Below the pieces are notes generated by a model. That model was not told where the DNA came from and did not search any database. It saw nothing but the letters and a program-made list of their open reading frames with translations. Below, piece by piece: positions 1-13,575 of a stretch of DNA of 64,000 nucleotides (position 1 is its first letter; the number at the start of each line of letters is the position of its first letter). The stretch spans positions 1 to 64,000 of the forward strand of contig NW_005434606.1 in assembly GCF_000315625.1 (NCBI RefSeq), written 5' to 3'. This stretch comes from Guillardia theta CCMP2712 (Eukaryota > Protista > Cryptophyta). Both the position numbers and the translations under genes were made by a program.

Positions 1-4
1 ACGG

Positions 5-326
5 CCCTAAACCCTAAACCCTAAACCCTAAACCCTAAACCCTAAACCCTAAACCCTAAACCCTAAACCCTAAACCCTAAACCCTAAACCCTAAACCCTA
101 AACCCTAAACCCTAAACCCTAAACCCTAAACCCTAAACCCTAAACCCTAAACCCTAAACCCTAAACCCTAAACCCTAAACCCTAAACCCTAAACCCTAAA
201 CCCTTCAACTCTAAACCCTAAACCCTAAACCCTAAATTCTAAACCCTAAACCCTAAACCCTAAATCCCTAAACCCTAAATCCCTAAACCCTAAATCCCTA
301 AACCCTAAATCCCTAAACCATAAACC
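5..326. repeat. Telomere, plant-type (CCCTAAA)n = (TTTAGGG)n; perfect to ~200, degenerate 201-326
   Basis: Direct tandem CCCTAAA from the window start. Proximal variants include CCCTTCAA, CTCTAAA, CCCTAAAT and CCATAAA. The C-rich strand at the 5' end indicates a left chromosome end. Confidence 0.98.
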
Positions 327-930
327 AGTGTGCCTTGAGCTCAACTTTCGATCGATTTCACAGGCTTCCCGGAGTCCGACGAGCCCGGCAAGAACCCGCT
401 ACTCCATTGGAGCCTGTGACAGCATCAGTCGGAGCCTGGGCGCATGATAGCGTAGGCTTGTACTGAGGCATCTAACTGACCTCGATCTGACTCTACACAG
501 CCTCCGATGGCATCAAGCATTGCCTCAGCCTACGGAGTAGTCGCTCCCGCGATGATCCTCGTCTCTCCTCCGCTCCCTTACCGCGAGCAGTCTGAGGCTC
601 AGGCATCGACAGCCACTGAGTGCATCCCCCCTCAGCTCTCGCGGCAAGCATAAGCTGTCCGACTATTCGGATAACGCTTGGTGAAGCTCTTCACCTTCTC
701 GACGAGGTCGGCCTCCTATTGGCATGATCTCCGATACAGCAGGTTCTATCCCAAACCTCTTGCTCGCAGCTTCCACCGGTCCCCTTGCGCTCTCCCTACG
801 CGGCGCCGCAGGTAGTAGTGTGCATGCGTCGGGAAAAGGCCGCCGCTGCAGCCTGAGCGGCCCGGGAAAGGGCCCGGTTCAACGGTTGCCGATCCTAAAC
901 CCAAACCGGCCCTAACCCCGGCTCCGGAAG
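327..930. other. Subtelomeric GC/CpG-rich segment ending in degenerate telomere-like units (~894-919)
   Basis: Abuts the telomere and ends in CCTAAACCCAAACCGGCCCTAACCCC. Contains GGTTCAACGGTTG (876-888), also found at 44183-44195. Confidence 0.5.
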
Positions 931-1858
931 GTCTTGCCTGTAGGTAATTTTGATGGGGGTCAGGCTGAGCTCGGGGGCCATGAAGGAACGTGTCAGCGGC
1001 AGAGGTTCGAAAAGCCATATTTTGGTGTCCCTCGGGGTTTTAAAAACTTTATAGTGTGCAAAAATTGCCCTCGCCTGAATAAAACATATATTTGATTTGT
1101 AAAATGACTTATATAAAAAGTTGTGTCAAAGGAAGTCGTTTCGCGTCCCTCCGAAGGGTGGGTACATTTTTTTTTCCTATACGATACGATGAAAAGCATG
1201 GACTGATGCGATGCTGAGAGATATGAGGGAAGCGGAGTGTGAGACATCAGAGAAGAAGAACGAGGAGACGGGACATGCACTGCAGGAAAAGCGAAAGAAA
1301 AGTGACCATAACGATGGTGTTGATGATGAGGGAAAGCAAGAAGCAAACGACCACTTCATGTTACAGACATTAATAATCATGCTCAGCCAGGTTAGAACGT
1401 GTATAAGGATCAATAAGTGATGAAGCAAGTTTACGACGTATACAAAGATTGATATGACTGAATGTTTGCTTAATACATCAAGGAGCTGAAATGTGGGGAA
1501 TTGCGTGGAAATGATAAAAAGATGATAGATGATAAAAATGACGATGGGGGAGAGAAGGAGATGATGATTAACATCTAAAGATTTCTTTACAAATGATAGC
1601 GCTGATGGAGTAGTTATGATTGTATAATGTGAGGAGGAGAATGTAGATTATTGGTAATTTTGATAGTAGTGCAAGAGATGGAAACTGCAAGAGATGGAAG
1701 CTGGGCACAGAAATGAAAATGAAAGAGCTGATGCTTTCTATTATATGCAGTAGGAATGATTCACAGCTTGGACACCACAGACAAAGCTGCGTGATAAAGA
1801 AAAACAAGAAAAACATACAAAAATCAGAGGAAGGATCTCGAAGCTGTGAGACTGGGAG

Positions 1859-2347
1859 ATGGAGAAGAAGAACAAGTCAAAAGCATCCAACTGCAACCTG
1901 GTAGATCGCTACCTCCGCAGACGCATTCTCCGATTCGAAAGTCTCATTCCAGAGTCAATCCATCGGTCGTATGTTAGCGTCGGATCTCACGAAACGAGGA
2001 CCGCAAGCGATTCCAGTGCAGAGGAAAGAAAAGTCAGCTCCTCGACCTCATCTCCCGTGCATGCGAATGTGACGGATGCCTCCCTTGCAGCTCCAGCTCT
2101 TCCTGAGGCATGGCAAGAATTGTTGGTCCTCCCTGTTGTGCCGGCTGCTTACCAACAAGTGTTTTTGGATGATGTGGCAGATTCAAGGGCTCGATCACTC
2201 GATGCAAGAGGTATAAGAATGGAAGGGCAAGAAGAGGGGAGTAATACTGCCGAAGACATCAACAATGTTCATGCGATGAATAGAACACTGTTCGAGGAAG
2301 CGCTTGACCATATTGAAAGAAGCGTAAAAGGGAGAAGGAGGCGATAG
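1859..2347 (+). CDS. Hypothetical protein (possibly a last exon or truncated subtelomeric gene)
   Basis: 162-aa ORF with protein-like composition; no recognisable domain. Confidence 0.3.
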   Translation: MEKKNKSKASNCNLVDRYLRRRILRFESLIPESIHRSYVSVGSHETRTASDSSAEERKVSSSTSSPVHANVTDASLAAPALPEAWQELLVLPVVPAAYQQVFLDDVADSRARSLDARGIRMEGQEEGSNTAEDINNVHAMNRTLFEEALDHIERSVKGRRRR

Positions 2348-3166
2348 CCAAAGGAACATTCCAGACACAGTGTTTAGGGTTTGGCCCTCACTAAATTAAC
2401 TTGATGGAACTCCATGATATACCTGATGATTTACATAGTAACATACATTCAGAACAGAGACATCGATATTTCGTACAACATCAATAACTTGAAACTAGTC
2501 ACTTCTCTGCACATTCCTTGCATTGCACTCATAGCTTCCTCAATGCTACCATACTGGCTTGAGGTCTTGCCTGAAAGAAAGGTTAGTGAGAAGTGTAAAA
2601 TGGTCGAAAAAAAAAAAATCAACAGGACATGAGAATTTGAGCGAAAACATTGAAGTGAGGTAAGATATTGCGAGGTATCGCATGAACAGCTTACCTATCT
2701 TCTTTTCCTTTTGGCGGTTGATTGACAGTAGCTGATAAAGTTCTATCTGCCATGAATGTGAGCGAAAGCGGAAACATCTATGGTCTTATACCAGGAAATG
2801 AAGAGTCCTTGGTCCCAATGGAGTTCTTCAGTTTCCTGCAACGAAAATCAGATTCATGTATGTATGAACACATGCAGCGACAAATGGCAAAAAGTTTGAA
2901 ACACGATATGACATGCAATTCCAAGAAATAGTGAATTAGACTGAGATGATTTTGGAATCCAAGAAAAGAAGATATTTAGGAAAGAAGGCTGGAGAGATTC
3001 AGAAGAAAACTGCAAGAATGAGCAAAGAGAACGAAGGCACAACAAAAAGGAGGAGGAGGAAATGTTCAGATTCATAAGGCCTGCATACGCACCTGGTAAC
3101 CATCACCTCAAGATCCTCAGATGATCGCCAGAGCTCCCAGATGTTGGTGGATCCTAATCTTGAAGT

Positions 3167-6100
3167 TCAGCCTTGTTGTGATATTCTTCTACCTATCCCT
3201 CCGATCCTCCCTCTCCTCAAGCACTTTCTTCGACTGTCATCCCTTCCCCCGCCCCCCCCCCCCGCTCACTCCCCATGTCTCATAACATGTGCACTGTCAA
3301 CAACTGAATCATAACTCTTATTACCCACCTGGCGATAGCTTGTTTGCACTTTTCGACACTTGAACGTCCAGCTCGACCTACACACCGTCACTCGTCTGCA
3401 AATCTCAAAGCTAACTTTCACCTGCTGCTGCAACTTGGCGAGGCCATCACGCGTAGTGCGCGCACTATACACAGGAGGGTCGGGCCTTGAGGCAGAGGAA
3501 GCGGTAGCAATGGAGGAGGAGGGAACAACAATAGTAGAAGAGGCCATGGACAAGAAACTGTGTCGGACTGAGTCAGCGATTTCCTCCTGATTGTCCTCGC
3601 CGCGGGAGGAGTTAGATGAAGCTGACGCAATGCGAAGGACAGAGGAACGGAACTTCCTGAGAGATTTCTCAGCCTCCTCTCTCATTAGCTTTGCATGAGA
3701 CGTAGCATTCTCCGCCATGCTCACTAGCATGCTATTGGTCGCTTCGTCTTCAACCTTGCGAAGCTCCTTAGACCGCATCATCAGCTCAGTCGTTTGCTCT
3801 GCCGCATTCACTTCCTTCTTGAGACTCGCCAAAGAGCTTCGCATGACCTTCACCTCCTCGTTCCCCTTCTTCCTGAGGCCCTCCAGTCGCTTCATCCTCT
3901 CTTCCGCTGCTTCTCGCTCCTTCTCCGCTTGACGTACTCGAGATCGTAGGATTCTCATCTCTGACCTGATTTGGCAAAGGTGGGCGATAATGGGCTTCAA
4001 GCCGGATTCCTGCTTGGAAGCTTGGTGCTGCTGCGGGAGAGGTAGAATCTGCTCCAACAAAGGAAGCAATTCATCTTGAACAAGAATATCCTCTTGCAGG
4101 TCCGGAGAGCATGAGGTCAAACCATTGGGAACGGGGAGAAGCGGAGGCGAACGAGAAGCTGATCTTGCCCCCCAGTCCTGCTGCAAGGAAATACTGCGAC
4201 TGATGATGTGATGAGCAGCAGAGCAGAGATCGATGAAGCTTCGCAACATCTCGCTGGTTATCAATTCTTTCCTCCTCCTTCTCCTTCCCTCTCCTTCTCC
4301 TGTTGAACAAGAGGAAACTGGTGAAGGAGAACGAGCTTGTATTGAAGACAAACGGAGCGAGGTTTGGGGAGGGCAGTCTCGCGATTCATACGCCTCGCGA
4401 TTCCTCTGAAGCTGATCCTCAAAATTCTGGAGCAATACCATCATGGCTTGTGAGTCATGATATGAGAAAAAAGATGACAAGGAGGAAAGGACGAGCTGTT
4501 TCCTTCTCTCTTCGATCGCTACACTGATCTCCACAGGATGAGGGAGGTGACAGCGAGACGATGAAGACGTGGAGAGAGAACAGGTCTCTTCCTCAAGCAA
4601 TTGAAACATAATACGCAAGCGGTTAAGAAAGAACTCCAGGAGACGGTGACTCGGTATTTGATCAGAGGCGTCATCCTGCTGGACCAAAAATCAGAGCTGA
4701 TAAAAGCCCCCGGTAATCCGGTTCAACAAACACAACATCATGCCAAAACAATCAAACGTGCATATCGTTCAAGGTAAATTGTCGTCAACTTCAAAGCATA
4801 CCTTCATCTCGTCTAGCATGGTGTCTGCTGCATGCGAGATTTGATCGCACAAAGTTTTCATCTCCGGCATACACCTCCTAACTGCATCATAACAACTTTT
4901 TGCCATTGCAGTGTCAGTTGCACTCTCATCTTTCCCAATCGTTTCATGGATGCTTCGTTTTCGATCCGTATTCTTATTGTCAGAGCCGTCCCTTTCTTGC
5001 TTTAGATTCAAATTTGTCTCATCGCCTCTGTATTCTTGCTCCAATGCAGAAGCCATGGTCCTAATGTCTTCGAGATCAAGCAAAAGCTCCTCCTTGAGCT
5101 TGCGGCACGTCAAGTTCATTTGCTTCTTTACCTCTCGCAGCTCATCCTGCAGGAAGACGCTCCTTTCTCCCGCACACAAGCCTCTCCTTTCCTCCTCCTG
5201 CAGCCTCGCCGCTAGCCTCTCAATCTCATCAGCTGCTTCCTCCAAGAGCTTCGAGTCCCCTTTCGCCTGCTCTCGAAGCTTTTCTGCTTCTGCTAATGAA
5301 GAAGACGCTGCCTCCTCCCACATCCTCATTCTCTCCGCTGCCTCCTCAGATCTCCAGGTGGCGTCGAGCACCAGCTGCTCGCTGTCTCTCCTCACTTGAG
5401 TAAGATCCCCGTCCGCCTTCTTTAGCTCCTCAAGGAGAAGGAAGATCGGCATCCTCATATCAGGCAACCGCCTGTTGCATCTTTCTGCAAGTCGAGTCGC
5501 CTCCTCAACTTTGCGCGCATACAGCTGAGCATCTTCCCTCTGTTCAATCGCCTGCTCATCTTTGCTTTGTTTCTGTCTTTGTATCTCTTCCTGCAGCTCT
5601 TCTAGTCTCTCCTGCATCTCTTTCAGTCTTCCTTGCAGAAGCCTCTTGTCCTCTTCGGCTTGGCGATACAATTGGAGGGCATCCTGCTCGACCAACGTCA
5701 ACACCAGTCAAGGTCAGGGATATCCGATGACCTCTTTTCGAGCATGCAAGAGCTCCGCGTTCCCAGCAGCATTGTTGAGCTCTGAGGACAGAGACTTGAC
5801 GACCTCTGCTACCTCTGCAAGCTCCTTAGCGTGCTCGTCCTCCCTCCTCCTGGCAGCTCTCTGCAACGCTTCCTTCTCTCCTCGCAACAGTTGGACCTCG
5901 TATCTGAGCTGTTCCACCTACTTCAAGCTCAACTTGTTGTGTGCTCTGAGAATCACAAGAACCTCAGCCTTCCTCCTTCGCTTTGCTACAAGAACATGGT
6001 CCCTCGGACTGTAGAAAACCGTGAGGAAAGCAAAGCAAGAAGAAAACGTCGAGAGAACTGCGGAACGACCGACACAAAATAAGAAGCAGGGTGAACACTA

Positions 6101-9100
6101 ACCTGAGAAGGAAGCCATCGATTGTTTTCACCGCAGCTCGAGGTTGAATCACATCGGAGAAGGAGAACTGGCTGCCTCCTCGACCACCCACATCTTCTCC
6201 GCCTCGGCCCTTTTCAAGCTCTCCTTCCTCGTTTCCATGAGCGTCCACCTGAAAGTTTGTGTGATCGGGTGATGAGGCAACCCTGTCGCTACCTCTGAGA
6301 TTGACGGAGTAAAGCCTTCATACCCTCCTCCTTCTCGCCATGGAAGGCCTCCCCTGCTGCGGATTGGAGTCTCAAAGAGTGTGGCCTCCACGTCTTCTCC
6401 CCTGTGCCCTCGTTAGATCTCCTGCTTCATCCCTTCTCCCTCTCACCACTGGACGTCTCCGCAGAAAGAAAAACTTTCAACTTTCCATTCGGAGCACTTA
6501 GATTCTGCCTGAAATTCCGCATCGGAGAGCTGCGAACTTTCCTCCTCTCTGCCTCTACTTTCTTTGGATTGAGCCACCCAGCCCAACCATACTCGACGTA
6601 GAAATAAAGTGCGTCCAGACGTGAATCGTTGCAAGAAGCAGTTGAGAATATTGACTGCCAGCGCTAGTTAGAGCTGGAAGGATATAAGGTCCGAGGGGAG
6701 GCATGAGAAGAGAGAGGTTCAGTAGTTGGAGGTACAAAACAATACCCGCTGAGACTTGTGTAATGAATATCTTTCTTCTAGCGCTCATTCGAATTGCTGC
6801 CTGCAATTTGCAAAGACGAAACAATTTGACATCTTCCATAAACCTGTAGGAAGGAAACTAAACTTAGAACAATTAAGCAATCTTGAAACGAGTGAAAATT
6901 TGGCAAGACCGAAGACAAAGTTCGAATTACCTTCTTCTTGTCAAGAGAGCGATCAGGCGATCTTGCAGTTTACAAGTTGAACGCTTAAGAGACAAGAAAC
7001 GAACACGACAAGACGACGACATGATGCTTGATGTAATGTATCTAGTTGCTGTCTGCTCTATGTGAAGTTTTATCTGCCAAGATCTAAGCCTCTATCACTG
7101 AAAAAATTCAAAGACCTCATGCAGTTGTCTAGACGCTTCTCTTTGAAGAAATATCTTTGTTTTCCCAATCGCATATTCAGTTTGACACAGGCCAACAGCC
7201 TTCACTAGCGATTCGATATCTTCTTTCAAGGAGACTTGTTTCAGCTTCAGATCTCTGATGGAAAAAATTCCTGTCAATCATAAGAATTAGATTTTGTCAT
7301 GATAGCAAGGTTGTAAATTTCTTCAGTTCTCTATCATGGTCCAATCCTTCACTGCTTGTTTTGATTTCGCATTGTTTGATTACCTGCCCAACGTCCGCCA
7401 AAAAAGATTGCAACGAATAGTCGACGAAAGTCTTCGAAGCTATCAAAAGGAGCAACAAGAATTCAGAGAGTAACATGAAACAGAAACCAGATGAAAATGC
7501 GTTGGATGATAACGACGACGAGAATGATACAAGGTAGAGCAATCACGTGAGGAAGAAAAAGTGTGATGACGAGCAAGAAAGACTACGAGGAGGTCAAGCG
7601 GTGAAATAATTCATGCACACCTGAAACGAATGGGAAAGGACACACGAATGAGCCTCGTAGCTTCGATCAATCCGCTGCATCGAAGTTGCTCTCTTACATG
7701 TCTCTCCTCAAACTTGCTTGGCTTCTTTTCTTCTGTCGGGTTGATGCAGCGGATGAAGTGAGTCCTGCTCTTGCTGATCAAGCCGACAAGATTTCCTAGC
7801 TGACGCCTGAAATGAGAAGCCACTGTCTCTATCGCGACAACTCCTCCCCTTCTCCGGTTTCCCTCGGCAACAATGGCACCACTCCGTTCGTTTCCAGCTC
7901 GAAGCTCGGTGTCAAACAGCTCGAGGATGATGGAAGATGAGGAGGCACGAAGAAGCTCGCGAATGTCCGGGAGAAGAACGTCCCTATTCTTCTCAAGAAA
8001 GCCGCAGCTTTCGTAGCTCACTTCGCCTGCATAGTGTTGGATGATAAAGACATCATCGCGAGTGATGGGAAGGCGAAGGTGAGGCGACGATATCTCCCGC
8101 ACTTTCCGCATGAACCCTTCATCGCTTCCTCGCGGGACTCGACCCTCCTCGTCGAGGATGGCAATGATACCAGACGAGCGGGACTCTATGAGAGAGACGC
8201 AAAGCAGGTTGTCATTAAAGTCGATGTGAGTCCAGGGAATCTCCTCCTTCTCGTACTCTTCTTGCTCCACCTTGATCATCGTGGAGTTGAAGTAGCTTTG
8301 TAAGCGTTCATTCGCATAGTTGATGCAAAGTTGCTCAAAACTGTTTCTCTCAAAGTATTCAAACCCAAAGATGTCAAGAATGTTGATCTGCAAGTTTTGT
8401 TCCTTCCCCTCTTTCCTCTCCCTCTTTTCCTTTAGCAGCGTCTCGTTGACACGGTCCACCAGCCATAAAAACAGCTTCCCATAGATCCATTTGCACAACG
8501 AGTCTCGCGAGCGCAGCGCCTGTTCCTGCGTATTTGGAACTTTGACTGTTTCCTCTCGCGCTCGAACCATTCTTGAGCAGAGTGCCTGCCGCAGAGAATC
8601 CTCGTCGCACTGAAGTAATCGTGCAGCATGCGAGAGCGACGCGTCTTCGCCTTGCAGACGAGCAACGTCTTCCCCGCTGTAGTTTGCGGCTCCTGATCTA
8701 GAAGATGCCGGCGATTCGTTGGGTTTCCACGCGTGCAGCTGGATGTTACTAACGTGCAGTAGACCAGCTACCGTTTGGAGAAGCCCTAGCTGGTCTCCAG
8801 CTGATATTCCTATGAAGGACATAGCACGCATTGTCCGGTAGAAGCCCTCAACATCGTCCATGCCTTCAAGCTGCAGGCAGCCTCCCATTGCGGTCAGATT
8901 GAAATCTCCTGCTCCACCTCCCAAGCACAGAGAAGCGCGTACAGAAGGGTCCGTCAGAAACTCTGCAGCTGAGCCTCTGCCTCCCCTTTGTCCCTGTTTC
9001 CCTTCTTCAAGTTGCTGTGCCGCAGCGCAAAGCTGGTAAAGAAAGTGATAGTTCCGCTCGCTATGGCTGACCTTCACAAAACGTGGTACCTCCAGCAAAT

Positions 9101-10035
9101 ATGTAAAGATCGCTCCACCTCCAAGGTAGCAGCGGGACGCAAGCGTTGTCTCGCTCGAACTATTTCCTTGGATGTCCTGAGGGCTGGTCTCGAAGTAGAG
9201 TTCAATAAACTTGCCGAATCTGGAAGAATTATCGTTCCTCAGTGTCTTAGCATTACCAAAGGCCTCAAGGATGGGATTTGACTCGAGCACCTGCCGCTCG
9301 ATCGCATGCACCGAATTAGGAGAGACCTGGTCGTGATGAGAGGAGGAGAGAACGGCAAACTGCTGCATAAGATACTTGCAGGTCTCAGTCTTGCCTGAGC
9401 CACTCTCACCACTCACAAGGATGCTCTGAGGAGAGAGATTTCCAACCATGTCGCGGAAGGCAACTTCGGCCAAGGAGAACACGTGTGGAGGCAGTTTTCT
9501 TGCTTCCTCGGCATCGTTGTAGCGGAAGGAGTGTTGATGATCGTAGATAGAAAGCTCATGCCATGGATTGACCGCCACAAGTATGGGACCTGCATATGTG
9601 TACACTTGATCCTTGAAGAAGCTGCAGCAATGCATAAGAGGTAGACGACCACGGTGACAGCTATCAGAGCTGTAACGTACCGGAGAGCCAGCCCACGGAG
9701 AATGTTTGCTTCATTCAAGTGATAGAGGCGCATGAGATCATCTCTGCTGCACACGTCGTCACTGTCTCGTGGAACTGCCTTGTTCACGGGCACGGTGACC
9801 TGACAGGAGCATTTCACTGTCCGAATTCTAGGCACGTTTATCCCCTCACCTCTCTGCCATCTGCCAGCGTAAGTTCGATGACATGTGAATCCTGCTGGAG
9901 AGATCGCTTGATCTGCATCAGAGTCATCAGTATCAAGGATCAAGCAAGTCTTGGTCAGCTCACTTCTCCCTCGTGCCATATGTCTGAATCGTCGGTATGC
10001 ACCCAAAAGCGCATTCCAGCAGATAATTTCTCCAT
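3167..10035 (-). CDS. Unconventional myosin heavy chain, multi-exon: N-terminal SH3-like region, motor domain, IQ motif, long coiled-coil tail
   Basis: Motor ORF 7611-9635 has YTYAGPILVAVNP, P-loop GESGSGKT, switch I NDNSSRFGKF, switch II DIFGFE and NSFEQLCINYANERLQ. Also converter GKTKIFL (~7150), IQ-like LQAAIRMSARRK (~6780-6810), coiled-coil ORFs 4769-5917 and 3266-4687, and start exon MEKLSAGMRFWVH at 10035. The 3' end is approximate. Confidence 0.93.
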
Positions 10036-11196
10036 TTGATTCGGAATTTTCAAATCGGATTTCAGTTCATCTAAAGGATTATGAGCACCAGAGCACCAAA
10101 TCAGAGAAGAATGGTCGAGGAGTGATGCTTCGCTCTCACATTCCATCTCAAGTGGGGTTGCAGGATGTTTTGCTCGAACGCAATTCAAAGTGATTTCTAA
10201 GATCGAGCTTTGAATTTCTAAAATCGAGCTTTGAATCCACTCGGCTTATTAAAGCAGCCAACTGCGCATGTTCTATAAACAAAGCCACTCCTCTGGTCAC
10301 AGTGCATGGTGGTGTGAAGCTAAGTTTTGATGTTGTATCATCCCCTTTCCTTCCTTCACCTTGCTCTCTTCTTATCAACACGTTCCAAGACCCTCCTCAT
10401 CTCATTTTTGATATTGCTTATGCGTGGTCTGTATGCTACGTCCCGATTTCTCACCATAGTTCATGAAGATATCGCTACCTGTAGCTTCCCGCCATGGCGC
10501 CCTTGGAACTTTTATGCCGGGAAAATCTCGACGTTCAGCCTTATAGTCAATAATATGAAGAATTCCAATTGGTCTTTGGGGATCAAACCGGGTCTGTAGT
10601 CATTGGTATCATGTCTATAGTGAATGTTTCTATTCCTGTCAACATCTGTACCTACCGTGACCAATCATAATGCGAGACAACTTCTATGAAGTTACAACGT
10701 TGCTGCTGTTTTTTGTCAATGAAATCTACGGCGGCACGTAATCATAACACCGCCGGGCTTCTCTTCAACTCGTCATATCCCAACACCACACTCCGCTCTT
10801 GGTGCAACCCGGTGACCCATGTGACAGCTTGAATATAACACTCCATTACGATCCAGCGTGTGGGATATTGCATCTTCTCAGAACAGCACCACATTCAGGC
10901 CCAGCGAAAGATGTGGCATATTGAGTGATAGTTGGTGCTGCCTTGAAAGTGATAGCAATTGTGAATCACGGTTCTACTTATTCCCCTTGCAGGACTGAAG
11001 ACCACTGGTCAGCGAGAAGGCCAAGCGTGCAAGCAATGGAAGAAAGTAGTTGCTACTTAAGCAAGTCATTCGATTCACTCAAGATATCAGATGTTGTCAC
11101 AACAATTCGATGACAGCATGGGCAAACAAACACTCATTAACAAAAGCCGCATCACTTCCCGGCTGCCATCCTCGCTTCTCACGGGGGCCCTCGCCT

Positions 11197-12546
11197 TCAG
11201 TTGGCTTTCGTCTTCACTTGGAGTCGTTGGATTAATGACATCCACCAACCTCCCAGCCTCCGGTACCACTCCTCATCCATGTGTACATTGTCTGCGTGTC
11301 GCCAGACCCTTGATGCCTCGAACACGTCTATGACGCTCGTCTTCTTGCGCAACTCCGTTGAATTTTGCAGCATCATCCTCACCGCCATGTCCCAATTTTG
11401 CGTTTGCTCTACTTTCTGTGAGAAGTTGTTGGAGGCAGGTGCAGTGTTGGTCAGCCACAGGATATGGTAGCACTGTTGGAGGAGGAGGAGGAGGTACCAC
11501 TTCACGTTTTCAACGTACTGTGATAGGCGCATGTGAGGGATAGCAACGTCATGGTTGCCTGCACTGACGATACAGACTGGAGGCTTCCAGGCAGAAAGGA
11601 GGGCTGGTGAATTGAAGGAACGGGCCAGGAAGGAAGCAATATTCTCTTGTGTTGTCGTCGACTCTTCGCTCTGCATTTCAACGTCCCTTGCATATTCGAT
11701 CGAGAGGTAGCCTCCGTAGCTCACCTGGGCTTCTGCTGGACTGAACCTTTCTGTGCTCTGCCTGCGCGGCCTGCAGAGGAGGAAGAGCGAATGACATCCG
11801 CTGCAGTCTTGACAGTGGGGATGCGTCAACCCAAATTTGATGGGTCCCTCTCCCAGCTCGAAACGAGGAGGTGACCACACTCGCGCAGTTGTCAGCCCGA
11901 AGATGTGCTGATTGGCACACCTCCGGCTCTCCCTTGTGTCGCAGATAAACCTATCGCCGTGAAGTAGCTGCACCCTCCTCCCGCCCTGTGAAACCAAATC
12001 ATTCGCAAGCCTGGAATAGGAGAAGAGTCGCATGACTGTCGAGTCTCCGAAGAACAACCAACGCCATGCCCGCCTGTCCATGCCCTGCAATGCCTCCTCG
12101 CTCTTCATGCCCCCAACCGCCTTCTCGGTATCCTCCCTCCAGTCGGCTCGTAGGCGCTTTAGTACCATGTCCGTGCATTGCTCCTGTGTCTGGGGGGCCC
12201 ATTGACAGGCGAAGTCGATGTTGGGGTGCGACGCCGTTAGCCTCCAAGCTGCAGAGATGTTTCGAGAGGTATGGGTTGTGGTCAGCAAGGGCGAAGAGAG
12301 ATTCTGATGCAATCCTCCTGCGCTTCTTGCTTTCAACACTTGTCTTCCAGCTTCCCTTGTCTCTTCGTACAGAGATCCTCCCCTAGCTTCTCTCGTTGCT
12401 CCCCCTCTTCCCTCTCGTTCCGAACTTCTTTCCTCAGACAACGTCTGGAGGCCAGAGAAGAGTAAAAGGGCAAGGAATAAGATGAACAGCGTCGTCACAA
12501 CAAATCGAGAAGGAGCTGACGGCAGGAAGCTGCTTTTACCGAGCAT
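11197..12546 (-). CDS. Type II membrane SGNH/GDSL-like (PC-esterase/TBL-type) protein, putative glycan O-acetyltransferase or esterase
   Basis: Intronless 449 aa. N-terminal TM segment (FVVTTLFILFLALLLF), WLFFGDS nucleophile motif, GNHD block and C-terminal DxxH (ADNVHM). Confidence 0.75.
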   Translation of the reverse strand: MLGKSSFLPSAPSRFVVTTLFILFLALLLFSGLQTLSEERSSEREGRGGATREARGGSLYEETREAGRQVLKARSAGGLHQNLSSPLLTTTHTSRNISAAWRLTASHPNIDFACQWAPQTQEQCTDMVLKRLRADWREDTEKAVGGMKSEEALQGMDRRAWRWLFFGDSTVMRLFSYSRLANDLVSQGGRRVQLLHGDRFICDTRESRRCANQHIFGLTTARVWSPPRFELGEGPIKFGLTHPHCQDCSGCHSLFLLCRPRRQSTERFSPAEAQVSYGGYLSIEYARDVEMQSEESTTTQENIASFLARSFNSPALLSAWKPPVCIVSAGNHDVAIPHMRLSQYVENVKWYLLLLLQQCYHILWLTNTAPASNNFSQKVEQTQNWDMAVRMMLQNSTELRKKTSVIDVFEASRVWRHADNVHMDEEWYRRLGGWWMSLIQRLQVKTKAN

Positions 12547-12819
12547 TCTTGTGTTTTCATCAACTCCAAGCCTTGAAGAACGGGTGGGGCCAATAGAGAC
12601 AATGGATTAGCGAAGAAAGGGCTTTGTGGGTAAAACGAGGCAACCGAAGCGGGGTAGCCTGGAGGGGTAGGCCCTGAGGGTTAGGAGGAGGACTCAGGAG
12701 GAGGACAGTACTGAAGCTGTCACGATGATCCGGTGCGCGGGAGACCAGCATGAGCATCAGAGCCATGGAAGGCGGGACATCGAGGCCCCGTCACACATGT
12801 GGCAGGCAATAATTTTGAC

Positions 12820-13575
12820 TAACCGTGACGGCAAGCAAGTCAGTGACGGTGGCGATGATTGCTGCCGCCGCCGGCCCGGCGGGGCCCGGACCGCCGGGAC
12901 TCGGATCGGATGATGGGCCGTGCCGGTTGCAGTGCCCCCGATCGGACTCAGTACGGTCTGGTCAGACGGTCGCCCATCGGCTGTTCGTCAGTCCGGATGA
13001 TCGGCCCGCCGATCATACCGGCGGAGTCGTTGAATACCGTACCGTAGTACAGTGCCATGGCTCTGAGTACCGTACAGTACAGTGGCAGGCGGGCCCGCGG
13101 CCGCAGTGGGCCGATCCGGGCAAGCCAGCCGGGCTTTAGGCCGCCTAATCCGCTTCCGGGGACGGGGGCTGGCGGGCCCCCGGCCGGGCGGCCCAAGTTC
13201 ACTCCTGGCAGTGCGGCGCGTGAGTCGGACTCGGACCGGGGGGGCCGGCCCGGGGGGGCCGCCGGCCCAACTTGACTTGGCTTCAACGGTTGCGGCGGGC
13301 CGGGCCGCCGCTGGCGCACTGTGCCAGCCTGGCACCGGGGGCCGCGTCGGACCGGGTGGCCGGCGATCCCGGCCGGGCGGCGATCCCAAACCCGGCGTGG
13401 TGGCCGGCGATCCGATCATCCTCTGCCAGGCTGGGCAGCCCCCGTGATCGGACCGTACTGACCGGACCCGGCGGCCCGGCCGGGCCCCTCATCACACGGC
13501 CCGGGCACGGTGCCATGGGTCCGGGCCCGGCGGCCCGGCCGCCACCGGCGCCGGGCGTGTACTCAGATCCGGGCT
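12820..13575. promoter_or_regulatory. GC-rich intergenic island between divergent genes
   Basis: Very GC-rich; built from recurring CCGG/GGCC, GATCGG, ACCGTAC, GACTC and TTCAACGGTTG words. A regulatory role is inferred from position only. Confidence 0.45.

Noticed and set aside
327-2400. Telomere-specific retrotransposon
   Set aside because: No reverse transcriptase, endonuclease or gag motifs and no poly(A) junction visible.
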